From an uncultured Gammaproteobacteria bacterium (GTDB taxonomy: Bacteria; Patescibacteriota; Microgenomatia; UBA12405): DNA of 64,000 nt. This document shows, piece by piece, positions 18,826-28,500 of the stretch (positions within the stretch are counted from its first letter, which is position 1; each line of letters starts with the position of its first letter). The stretch lies in the NCBI GenBank assembly GCA_964448705.1, contig CAYUZS010000001.1, forward strand, positions 45,601 to 109,600, given 5' to 3'. The notes under the pieces were generated by a model, which saw only the letters and a program-made list of their open reading frames with translations, ran no database searches and was not told the DNA's origin. Both the position numbers and the translations under genes were made by a program.

Positions 18826-20019
18826 ATGAAAAATAAAAATGTAGTCATTATCGGGGCGGGAATGACCGGGCTGGTGACAGGATATGAATTAAGCAAAGAG
18901 GGATATAAAGTTAATCTCTACGAGAAATCGGATAATATCGGCGGATTAATGGGTGGTTTTAAGATTAATGAAACTTCTTTAGAGAAGGCTTATCATCACA
19001 TTTTTAAAACCGACAGCGAAATAATCGGCTTAATTAAGGAATTAGGTCTGGAAGACAAACTAAAGTGGCACGAAGAAAAAACAGGGCTGTATTTTGATAA
19101 AAAGATTTATCCTTTTATGGGAGCAGTCGACTTGCTGAAATTTAAGCCATTGGACTTGATATCCAAAATCAGATTGGGATTAGTTAAGATTTGGCTGGAA
19201 AACGATAATAACTGGGAAAAATATCACCAGGTTACAGCCAGTAATTGGATGAAAAAGTGGTGTGGAGAGAAGGCTTACCGAGTTATTTGGGAGCCGTTGT
19301 TAAAAGGTAAATTTCATGAACACTACGATAAAGTTTCGATGGCCTGGCTGTGGGCGAGAATTCATACCAGAGCAAATTCGGATGGAACTTTAGGATATAT
19401 GGATGGAGGTTTTCAACAAATTGCCGATGAATTGGCAAAAAGAATAAAAAACAACGGCGGGAATATTAATTTAGCGACCGAATACAAACCTGATTCTGAT
19501 AAAGAGGTAGTGATTTACACCGGTTCACTGAATGAAATTAAATATTTAGGGGCAGTCTGTTTAATTTTTACCAGTAAACAATCTTTGTCATCATTCTATT
19601 GGCATAATATTAATGACGAGAAGTCCCCTTTTCTGGCTTTTATCCAACACACAAATTTGGTCGATAAACAACAATACGGAGGAAAGGAAGTATATTATCT
19701 TGGCACTTACGTTCCCAATGAACACCGTTATTTTAGAGAAAATGAGGGGAATATCGCAAAAGAATTTTTTGATTATCTTAAAAAGATAGTGCCCGATTTT
19801 GAGCAAAATAAGATTCAGGACAAATGGCTGTTCAGATTTAAAAATGCCCAGCATATAGTGACGACCGATTACAAAGTTCCGGAGTATAAAGTCGGGAAAA
19901 ATCTCTATCGGGCTAACTTTGCACAGATATTCCCCGAAGACAGAGGAACAAATTTCTCGGTGAGAGAAGGCAGAAAAGTTGCCAAAATGGTGAAAAAAGA
20001 TTTTAAGCTTTCTTCTTAG
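18826..20019 (+). CDS. FAD/NAD(P)-dependent oxidoreductase of the amine oxidase / protoporphyrinogen oxidase-like superfamily. It could be a nucleotide-sugar-modifying flavoenzyme such as a UDP-galactopyranose mutase-like protein.
   Basis: The N-terminal Rossmann motif is VVIIGAGMTGLVTGYEL..GY.V.LYEKSD.IGG. The start was taken at ATG 18826; the ORF track used an upstream TTG. Its 3' end overlaps rfbA convergently by 17 nt. Confidence 0.6.
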   Translation: MKNKNVVIIGAGMTGLVTGYELSKEGYKVNLYEKSDNIGGLMGGFKINETSLEKAYHHIFKTDSEIIGLIKELGLEDKLKWHEEKTGLYFDKKIYPFMGAVDLLKFKPLDLISKIRLGLVKIWLENDNNWEKYHQVTASNWMKKWCGEKAYRVIWEPLLKGKFHEHYDKVSMAWLWARIHTRANSDGTLGYMDGGFQQIADELAKRIKNNGGNINLATEYKPDSDKEVVIYTGSLNEIKYLGAVCLIFTSKQSLSSFYWHNINDEKSPFLAFIQHTNLVDKQQYGGKEVYYLGTYVPNEHRYFRENEGNIAKEFFDYLKKIVPDFEQNKIQDKWLFRFKNAQHIVTTDYKVPEYKVGKNLYRANFAQIFPEDRGTNFSVREGRKVAKMVKKDFKLSS

Positions 20020-20713
20020 CCATATAGTTTGAAACTTCAAGTAGACTGTCGAAAGTACCCGCATCTTCCCAAAGTCCATTGAAAGTGTTGACTTTAAGAT
20101 TACCTGCCTGAAGATAAACATTGATTAAATCGGTAATTTCGAGTTCTCCCCTGGCTGAAGGTTTTAAATTTGAAGCATATTCAACCACTTTATTATCACA
20201 AACATAGAAACCGACTACGGCATAATTACTTTTGGGTTGAGTAGGTTTTTCTTCCAGAGAAACAACCTTTCGGTTAGCATCGAATTCAACCACGCCAAAG
20301 CGTTGGGGATCAGCAACTTCCTTGGCAAAAACCATGGCTCCGGATTCAAAATTACTGATTTCGGTGGAAAAATCCTGGTCAAAAATATTGTCCCCTAAAA
20401 TCATAGCCACAGAATCGGTGCCGATGAAATTTTTTCCAACAATAAAGGCATCCGGGAGACCTTTTGGTTCTTTCTGAACGGCATAACTGAAATGAGCATT
20501 AAAATCGGAACCATCACCTAAAAGATTTAGAAATTGTCCGGAATAATCGGGAGCAATGATAATTAAGATGTCTTTTATCCCGGCCTTGAGCAGGGTTTGG
20601 ATAGGATAATAGATCATCGGTTGATCGTAAATCGGCAGCAGTTGTTTACTGGTAACTAAGGTCAGAGGTCGAAGACGGGTGGCCCGGCCACCGGCAAGAA
20701 TAATTCCTTTCAT
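20003..20713 (-). CDS. rfbA: Glucose-1-phosphate thymidylyltransferase
   Basis: The N-terminus MKGIILAGGRATRLRPLT is the RmlA signature. The protein is 236 aa. The start has an ATGA overlap with rfbD. Confidence 0.9.
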   Translation of the reverse strand: MKGIILAGGRATRLRPLTLVTSKQLLPIYDQPMIYYPIQTLLKAGIKDILIIIAPDYSGQFLNLLGDGSDFNAHFSYAVQKEPKGLPDAFIVGKNFIGTDSVAMILGDNIFDQDFSTEISNFESGAMVFAKEVADPQRFGVVEFDANRKVVSLEEKPTQPKSNYAVVGFYVCDNKVVEYASNLKPSARGELEITDLINVYLQAGNLKVNTFNGLWEDAGTFDSLLEVSNYMAKKKA

Positions 20714-21585
20714 AATGATTGTTTAATAAATTGTAAACCTTCTTTTAGAGTTTTCGGACGAATACCAAATTCCGAAATCACTTTTTCATTAGACAGAGCT
20801 AAGTTGGGAGCGTACGGCCGAGCTTCAGGAGTCTTTAGATATTCAGCCAAAGATGAGGGTTGAACCAGGTCACTATTTAAATCAAAAACTTCAGCGATGG
20901 TTTTAGCCATATCGTAAGCAGACTGCGAAGATGAGCCAACCAAATGATAAATACCGGATTTTTCTTTACTGATCATCGTGCCAAGAACCAGGGCAATATC
21001 GTCAATGAAGGTCGGAGTGGTGAACTGATCATTAAACATGGTAACGGTTTGGTTATCAGCAAGTTTGGATATAATTTTGCGGACTATATCAATTTTGGCA
21101 GGAAAGTTTTGACGGTAAGGAAAAGCGATTCTGACAATAGCGGCATTTACGGAGGCAGCAATTTTTTCGGCTTCGAATTTAGTCTGACCATACCAATCCA
21201 AAGGATGGGGAGAATCCGTCTCGACATAACTACCCGTCTTTTGGCCGTCAAGAACAGAATCGGTGGAAATATGGATTAGATGTTTATCATGTTTTTGGCA
21301 AAGATCAGCAATATTTTTAGTACCAACAACATTGAGTTGATAACACAAGCCGGTTTTGTCGCCCCGTTGAGCCCAAGCGGCATTAGTATCGGTAAAAGCG
21401 GCAAAATGGATAACAACTTTGGCGGGACTGTTTTTAAAGATACTATCTAAAGAATCGGGCTTTAAAATGTCATAACCAGTATCAAGGGAAAGATCGGTGA
21501 ATTGATATTGAGGATTCAGTTCGACAACCCGGGAACCAACCAAGCCGGAAAGACCAGTGCCAATGATTTCTTTGGAAGAACTCAT
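20710..21585 (-). CDS. rfbD: dTDP-4-dehydrorhamnose reductase
   Basis: It has an SDR-like glycine motif GTGLSGLVGSRV and an RmlD-like length. The start ATG at 21585 forms an ATGA overlap with the rfbC stop; the ORF-track start was a TTG. Confidence 0.8.
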   Translation of the reverse strand: MSSSKEIIGTGLSGLVGSRVVELNPQYQFTDLSLDTGYDILKPDSLDSIFKNSPAKVVIHFAAFTDTNAAWAQRGDKTGLCYQLNVVGTKNIADLCQKHDKHLIHISTDSVLDGQKTGSYVETDSPHPLDWYGQTKFEAEKIAASVNAAIVRIAFPYRQNFPAKIDIVRKIISKLADNQTVTMFNDQFTTPTFIDDIALVLGTMISKEKSGIYHLVGSSSQSAYDMAKTIAEVFDLNSDLVQPSSLAEYLKTPEARPYAPNLALSNEKVISEFGIRPKTLKEGLQFIKQSL

Positions 21586-22214
21586 AATTTTTGATTCCAA
21601 TCAATTTTTTCCAGGTCAGAGCGAATTGATGAAAAAATAGGTAAAGCCAAATCTTTTTCTGACAATTCCAACGTTTGGTGAATATCCAAATTCCAATCAA
21701 TATTTAATTCCGGATCATTCCAGAAAATTCCTTTTGAAGCCGGCCCATTGTATAAGTTGTCGCATTTATAGGCAAAGATGGCTTTATCGGAAAGCACCTT
21801 AAAACCGTGGGCAAATCCGGAGGGAATGAAAAACTGATTGTTTTTTTCAGCAGTTAAAATTTCTTTTTCATATTTACCAAAAGTCGGAGAATCAGGACGA
21901 ATATCCAAGGCAACATCGAGAACTTCTCCGGAAATAACCCGGACCAATTTGGCTTGAGCATACGGAGGCAGTTGAAAATGTAAACCTCTGACTACATTTC
22001 CGGTGGAATAAGATTGATTATCTTGAACAAATTTATTGGTTATACCCGCTTTTTCAAAGATTTCCTGACTGTAGGATTCGAAAAAATATCCCCGATTATC
22101 TCCCCAAATTTTGGGTTGAATTCTATAGATTCCCCGTATTAAAGGCGATTCTACAAATTGAACATTGTTAACGGTTATCTCGACCGGAGTATATGCCGAA
22201 TCTTCTTTGTTCAT
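21582..22214 (-). CDS. rfbC: dTDP-4-dehydrorhamnose 3,5-epimerase
   Basis: It has a cupin fold with RmlC motifs (RGLHFQ....QAKLVRV..G...DV.VD.R..SPTFGK). Confidence 0.9.
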   Translation of the reverse strand: MNKEDSAYTPVEITVNNVQFVESPLIRGIYRIQPKIWGDNRGYFFESYSQEIFEKAGITNKFVQDNQSYSTGNVVRGLHFQLPPYAQAKLVRVISGEVLDVALDIRPDSPTFGKYEKEILTAEKNNQFFIPSGFAHGFKVLSDKAIFAYKCDNLYNGPASKGIFWNDPELNIDWNLDIHQTLELSEKDLALPIFSSIRSDLEKIDWNQKL

Positions 22215-23230
22215 GATTTTATATTTTGATAATTGTTAAGTTTTTTATAAAATTCTTCGGCTTCTACTTTTGACTGCCGCCACCAGGATTCACGGCTTAA
22301 ATACCATTCGATTGTTTTTTTAAGTCCGGATTCCAAAGTTTCTTTCGGCTCCCAACCAAGTTCGGTATGAATTTTATTCCAACTGACAGCATAATTATCG
22401 TGTGCCGGCCGGTCAACAACATACTCGATCATGTCCTCCGATTTACCCATGAAAGAAATAACTTTTTTGATGATATCAACGTTTCGACAAGTTTCCTTTA
22501 GTCCGCCGACACAATAGGTTTCACCTAATTTGCCTTTATTTATGACAGTTTCGATGGCAGAACAATGATCGTCGACATACAGCCAATCGCGAAAATTTTC
22601 ACCCTTGCCATAAACGGGAATTTTTTTACCATCAATCAGATTAGTTATCATTCTGGGAATTAATTTCTCCGGATGTTGGAAGGGACCGTAATTATTGGAA
22701 CAGTTAGTGATGGTAACCGGGAGTCCGTATGTTTTACCAAAAGAACGGACAAAATGATCTGATGAGGCTTTTGAGGAAGCATAGGGTGAAGAAGGATCGT
22801 AAGGAGTGGATTCGGAAAATTCAGCTGATGAACCGAAAGGGATAGAACCAAAAACCTCGTCGGTAGAAATGTGATGAAAGCGGATGTTTCCATTTCTTTT
22901 TGCAGCCGATAAAAGAGTGTAAGTACCTAAAACATTGGTCTTAACGAACAATAAAGGATCATCGATGGAGCGATCGACATGAGATTCTGCGGCAAAATGA
23001 ACGATTAAATCAGTTCCGGGGATAATTTTATCGAGCAATTCGGAATTTAAAATGTCGCCTTCGACAAAGGTATAACGGGAATCATCTTTAAAATCGAGGA
23101 GATTTGACTGATTGGCAGCATAGGTGAGTTTATCCAAATTGGTGATTTGGTCGTCCGGATGATGCTGAAACCAAAAACGGATAAAATTTGAACCGATAAA
23201 ACCTGAGCCACCGGTGATCAGTATTTTCAT
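22211..23230 (-). CDS. rfbB: dTDP-glucose 4,6-dehydratase
   Basis: The N-terminus MKILITGGSGFIGSNF and the catalytic YxxxK (YASSKAS) identify it as an RmlB-type extended SDR. Confidence 0.92.
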   Translation of the reverse strand: MKILITGGSGFIGSNFIRFWFQHHPDDQITNLDKLTYAANQSNLLDFKDDSRYTFVEGDILNSELLDKIIPGTDLIVHFAAESHVDRSIDDPLLFVKTNVLGTYTLLSAAKRNGNIRFHHISTDEVFGSIPFGSSAEFSESTPYDPSSPYASSKASSDHFVRSFGKTYGLPVTITNCSNNYGPFQHPEKLIPRMITNLIDGKKIPVYGKGENFRDWLYVDDHCSAIETVINKGKLGETYCVGGLKETCRNVDIIKKVISFMGKSEDMIEYVVDRPAHDNYAVSWNKIHTELGWEPKETLESGLKKTIEWYLSRESWWRQSKVEAEEFYKKLNNYQNIKS

Positions 23231-23236
23231 TTTTAT

Positions 23237-24589
23237 TTATTTTGTTGGGGTAGGGATTTTTTCGGTACTTAATTCAGCACCAATTATAAAGACGACATCA
23301 TATGTGGCACTGTCTTTAAGATCGGCAGTAATTTCAGCATTGGAAAAATCTAATATTTTGTCTTTAAAATAGGCAGATTCAGAACTAAGGCTGGCCTTGG
23401 TTTGAATCGAATTGGCAGTAGCAGATTCTTTGCTGTTGCCGACAGCGACACTGGTGAAACCTAAAGCGGTAAGTTTTTCTTTAAGAACAGCCGCTTGTCC
23501 ATTAATATCGGTACCATTTAGAACCTGAATCTTTAGTTTTTTGCTAATTTCAGCGACAGTCGGAACAGGGGTATTGGTGGGCATTTCGACAATGGAGGTG
23601 GGAGAGACAGAGTCACTTACCGGGGTTTCAATATTGGTATTAGTAGAATCTTTGGTAAGGACATACCAAATAATTCCTGAAGCGATCAAAGCAGTGACCA
23701 CAAAGACAATGATAAAGGGCAGTATATTATGACTTTTTTCCATTTTTCTAGTTGATGAATTGCTATCTACAGACTGGCTTATTATAGCAGGTACAGCGTT
23801 TGAGGAAATAATCAAACCTATAACCGGAAGAGGCAAATTAGCAGCTTTTTTAAATTCCTGAGCGATTAAGGCCGGAGAATACGGAGTTTTATCCAGAGAA
23901 CTGGTGGCATTAATTTCTAAATCATGTTCGGCGGGGATATAGAACTTGGTAGTTAGAGTGGGAAAATATAAGTTTGAGTAGTTAACTATTTTTTGGACAT
24001 CCAGCTCGGAACCTTTTAAATTAGCAGTTAAATAAACCGAATCTTTTTTGGATAAGGAAAGAGTATATTCCCCTTTGGCCAAAGGATAGATTAAAAAGTA
24101 TTCTCCATCAAAACGAAGAGAAATAACTTTAGAGATGGCCTGAGAAACCGATTCAAAAGCGAAAGATTTAAGTTTTAAGAGATCAAGATTGGCCTTAAGA
24201 GCCTCAATTTTTGACTTGTCAAAAAGGTGAGAAAGAATTATGGTTTTGCCGGAAGTAGGGATAAGTTTGAAGTCCATAAAATCCGGGTGGATTTTAAAAT
24301 GGACAGCACTCTGGGCCAAACCGATAACTTCGGCTTTTTCAATAGAAGTAATTTCGGAATCGTAGATAAATGATTTGGTGATGACAACATCATCCGGGAT
24401 GAGGATGGTGCATTCGTCAACTTTATTTTGACTAAGAAGAAGAACCAGAGATTGAATTTCGACATCTGAACAAGGTTTCCAAAGATTTATATCAACGGAA
24501 AAGGTATTGTTCTCCGTTTTGTCCAGATAGAGGTCGGTGACATCTGATTTCGGCCACAAAACGGCTTTTGGTTTGGAAAAGAGTGACAT
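23237..24589 (-). CDS. Membrane protein with an N-terminal cytoplasmic domain (PilM/FtsA-like is a tentative assignment), one TM helix and a C-terminal LytR_C (LytR cell-envelope-related attenuator) domain
   Basis: The TM helix is ILPFIIVFVVTALIASGIIWYVL. The C-terminus KIQVLNGTDINGQAAVLKEKLTALGFTSV.VGN.......SIQTK........D.....VVFIIGAE fits the LytR_C pattern. The start is at MSLFSK (cat at 24587-24589). It is tightly packed between rpsG (12 nt gap) and rfbB (6 nt gap). Confidence 0.55.
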   Translation of the reverse strand: MSLFSKPKAVLWPKSDVTDLYLDKTENNTFSVDINLWKPCSDVEIQSLVLLLSQNKVDECTILIPDDVVITKSFIYDSEITSIEKAEVIGLAQSAVHFKIHPDFMDFKLIPTSGKTIILSHLFDKSKIEALKANLDLLKLKSFAFESVSQAISKVISLRFDGEYFLIYPLAKGEYTLSLSKKDSVYLTANLKGSELDVQKIVNYSNLYFPTLTTKFYIPAEHDLEINATSSLDKTPYSPALIAQEFKKAANLPLPVIGLIISSNAVPAIISQSVDSNSSTRKMEKSHNILPFIIVFVVTALIASGIIWYVLTKDSTNTNIETPVSDSVSPTSIVEMPTNTPVPTVAEISKKLKIQVLNGTDINGQAAVLKEKLTALGFTSVAVGNSKESATANSIQTKASLSSESAYFKDKILDFSNAEITADLKDSATYDVVFIIGAELSTEKIPTPTK

Positions 24590-24619
24590 TGAATAATGGT
24601 AGCACAAAAGGTTTTATGA

Positions 24620-25102
24620 TTACCAGCGCAAGTGAGCGAAAGCTTTGTTGGCCTCGGCCATTCTTTCAATTTCCTGACGTTTAGAGACAGAAGCACCTTC
24701 ATTTTTGAGAGCTGAAAGCAATTCAGCGGACAATTTGCTGCCAAAAGAATGATGTTGTTTACTGGAGAGGGAACGGGAACTATTGACCAACCAGCGAATA
24801 GCCAAAGATTGTTGACGATTTCCACGAACCGGAGTCGGAACCTGATAAACAGCACCACCAATACGGCGGGGACGAACTTCAATTTTTGGTTTAATACTGT
24901 CGAGGGCCTGTTCCAGAACCGTAACCACATCATCGGTTTTAGTTTCTTTTTTTAGGATTTCTAAAGCAGCATAGACTTCCTTTTGAGCAGGAAGTTTTTT
25001 ACCGTCTTTCTGGCAATAATTTATTATCTTACTGACAGTGACACTGTTGTAAAGAGTATCGGGAGCGATGTCTCTAATTTTTGATTGACCTTTTCTGGAC
25101 AT
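24620..25102 (-). CDS. rpsG: 30S ribosomal protein S7
   Basis: The protein is 160 aa with the S7 profile (...RPRRIGGAVYQVP..V...R....A.RW). Confidence 0.95.
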   Translation of the reverse strand: MSRKGQSKIRDIAPDTLYNSVTVSKIINYCQKDGKKLPAQKEVYAALEILKKETKTDDVVTVLEQALDSIKPKIEVRPRRIGGAVYQVPTPVRGNRQQSLAIRWLVNSSRSLSSKQHHSFGSKLSAELLSALKNEGASVSKRQEIERMAEANKAFAHLRW

Positions 25103-25126
25103 AAGTTTTTATATTAATTTAGAATT

Positions 25127-25549
25127 TTAAGCGGCAGTCTTGGTGGGGCGTTTAGCTCCATATTTACTGCGGGATTGCAGACGTCCGGCAACAGCTCCGG
25201 CGTCATATTTTCCACGGATAACATGATAACGAATACCCGGTAAATCCCGAACACGACCACCACGAATAGAGACGATACCGTGTTCAGCCAAGTTGTGACC
25301 GATTCCGGGAATGTAAGCAGTGACTGAGCTTCGGTTGCTAAGTTTAATCCTAGCCACTTTCCGCAAAGCGGAATGTGGCTTTTTAGGAGTCATAGTTTTG
25401 ACAACGGTAACCACTCCCCTCTTAATAGGATTAAAAGTGTTAACCGTACGATTTTTAATGCTGTTAAAGTTGTTGCGTAAAGCACCAGCCTTAACTTTAA
25501 AAATACGAACTTTGCGGCCTTTTTTGATTAGTTGGTTAAATGTTGGCAT
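25127..25549 (-). CDS. rpsL: 30S ribosomal protein S12
   Basis: The protein is 140 aa. [12 protein letters not shown] and PKKPNSALRKV are S12 signatures. It starts 6 nt after the rpoC stop. Confidence 0.96.
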   Translation of the reverse strand: MPTFNQLIKKGRKVRIFKVKAGALRNNFNSIKNRTVNTFNPIKRGVVTVVKTMTPKKPHSALRKVARIKLSNRSSVTAYIPGIGHNLAEHGIVSIRGGRVRDLPGIRYHVIRGKYDAGAVAGRLQSRSKYGAKRPTKTAA

Positions 25550-25555
25550 GATTTT

Positions 25556-28500
25556 TTATTTTGTGATTTGTTCCCGATTAACAGGAATAAGACGTCCGAT
25601 AATAACATTTTCCTTAAGACCAATCAAGTTGTCGACTTCGGCCAGAAGTGAAGCTTCGGTCAAAACCGATGTGGTTTGCTGGAATGAAGCGGCTGATAAC
25701 CAACCACCAGCAGACAAGGCGGTTTGAATAAGTCCAAGTAGAATTTTCTTGCCTTTTGCCGGTTTACCGTTATTGGCCTTGGCTTTATCGTTCTCAGCAT
25801 TGTATACAGCCTTGGTGACGGTTTGACCATACAAGAAATTTGTATCTCCGGGATCTTCAATCTTGATTTTGTCACTCATTTCTTTAACCATGACCTCAAT
25901 GTGCTTATCATGGATGGAAATTCCCTGAGATTCATAAACTGATTGAATACTGGCGATTAGATATTTCTGAGCAGCTTCGATGCCCTTAATATCCATGATT
26001 TCCCGAACATCCAGAGAACCGGAACTGAGCTGTGTTCCCTGAGCGACTAAGTCACCATCAGAAACCATGATATTAACATTGCTGGGAAGCAAATAAGTGA
26101 CGGTTTTATTGGCATTATTTTTATCTTTGCCGGTAAGTTTAATTTCAAAACCATCAATATTTTCTTTAACTCTAATTTTGCCATCAAATTCGGCCAAAGG
26201 TGAAGGAAGTTTAGGAGTTCTGACTTCAAAAAGTTCCTGAATACGGGGTAAACCTTGAGTCACGTCGACACCGACAACTCCTCCGGTATGCTTGGTACGA
26301 AGAGTTAACTGTGTACCAGGTTCTCCGATGGATTGAGCAGCAATAACACCAACCGGAACTCCGAGTCTGACCAGTTTTCGGGTGGAAAGATCCCAGCCGT
26401 AACATTTGCGGCAGACACCAATGGTAGCCTTACAGGTTAATGGTGAACGAACATCAACAGATTCGATATTGCCGGATTCCAAAATCGCGACATGATCGTT
26501 GTCGATAAGAGTGCCCTTAGCCAAAATAACTTTATTGGTTTTGGTATCTATAGCGTCATTAGCTAAAACTCTGCCTAAAATACGACGACCAAAATAGCGT
26601 TCGCGGCCTTTTTCATTTTTGTCGACAGTGACGAATTTACTGGTGCCACAGTCATCTTCTCTGGTGATACAGACATGAGCGGCATCAACTAAACGACGGG
26701 TTAAGTAACCGGCGTCGGCAGTTCTTAAAGCGGTGTCGGCTAAACCTTTACGGGTTCCTCTGGCTCCGGTAATGTATTCGAAGACAGATAAGCCTTCACG
26801 GAAGTTGCTCTTTGTAGGCAAAGGTACGATGTGACCAGTAGGATCAACCATCAATCCCCGCATACCTGAAAGCTGTTTAATCTGATCTTTTGAAGCCCGC
26901 TTGATACCGGCGGCAGCCACAATTTTGATCGGAGAATCGCTATTAAGAGTTTCCCAAGTTTTCTCGGCAATCTCTTCAGTGATTTCCATCCACAAACTTT
27001 GACTAAGCCGTTTCTTTTCTTCATTACTGATTAAACCCATTTTGAAATTGTCTTCAATTTCGGAAATGCGTTGATTAGCAGAATGAATAATGTCTTCTTT
27101 ACCGGCAAGATAGCCGCAATCGGACATAGAAAGTGACAAACCGGAAAGGGTGAAACCTTCAAAACCAATATCTTTCAAATCGTCAATCAATTTGACGGCT
27201 CTCATCCGACCAACTTGTTCCATAGTCCGGATTACCAAGTCAGAAACTGACTTTTTACCGGCCATAGGTTCGTTGAGGAAACCAAATTCCTTAGGAACAA
27301 TCTGATTGAACCAAATACGACCGTAAGTAGTTTTTATTAATTTACCGTCGATCCGAACACCAATAAGTTGACGTAATTGTATTTTACCCAATTGATAGGC
27401 CAAAATTACTTCTTCTTTGTCAGAGAACAAAGGTAAGTTTTCAAAACTATCCGCTTGTTCCATAGAAAGGTCTGACTCCTGAACGGAAGTTACATAGTAA
27501 CAACCGACAGCCATTTCCTGTCCGGGAATAGAGATCGGGTTGCCATCAGATGGTTTTAATAAATTGTGTGAAGGCAGCATTAAGTTTCTGGCTTCTTTAA
27601 GAGACTCTTTGGACAAGGGTAAATGAACACCCATTTGATCTCCATCGAAATCAGCGTTAAAACCGGCACACATACACGGATGAAGCCTTATGGCCAATCC
27701 GTCAGTGAGAATAGGTTTGAATGCCTGAATCGACAGTTTATGCAAAGTCGGAGCGCGATTTAGAAGAACATAACTATCCTTAGTAATTTTTTCCAAAATG
27801 TCGTAGACCTCACTAACCCGATGGTCAATAAGATTCTTAGCACTTTTAATGTTGGCAGCTAAACCGCAGGAAATTAGTTCTCTTAATACAAAAGGACGAT
27901 AAATTTCCAAAGCAATTTCTTTAGGAAGACCGACTTGATTCAATTTCAAATCCGGGCCGACAACGATAACTGAACGACCGGAATAATCTACCCGCTTACC
28001 TAAAAGGTTGCGACGGAAACGTCCTTTTTTACCGCGAAGCAAATCAGACAGAGCACGCGGAGTACGTTTACTTGATTTACGTTTATTCTTGGAGCTTTTA
28101 GCAGCATCGATTAAAGTGTCGACAGATTCCTGAAGCATTCTTTTTTCGTTACGAAGAATGATTTCCGGGGCGCCAAGTTTCAAAAGTTTTTTGAGACGGT
28201 TATTTCGATTAATTAAACGACGATAAAGATCGTTCAAATCGCTGGTAGCAAAACGACCGCCGGTTAATTGAACCATAGGACGAAGATCCGGTGGAATAAC
28301 CGGAATTTGGGTAAGAATTGTCCATTCAGCGCGGATACTATTTTCAATCATGCCGTTCAAGATTCGGATCTTGTACATGATTTTCTTTTTCTTGAGTTTA
28401 GAACTGGTTTTAACCAATTCTTTCTTCAAGTTTTTGACAGTGGCGGGAAGATCTAATTTCTTAAGAACATCATAGATAGCCTCGGCGCCCATGCTGGCTT

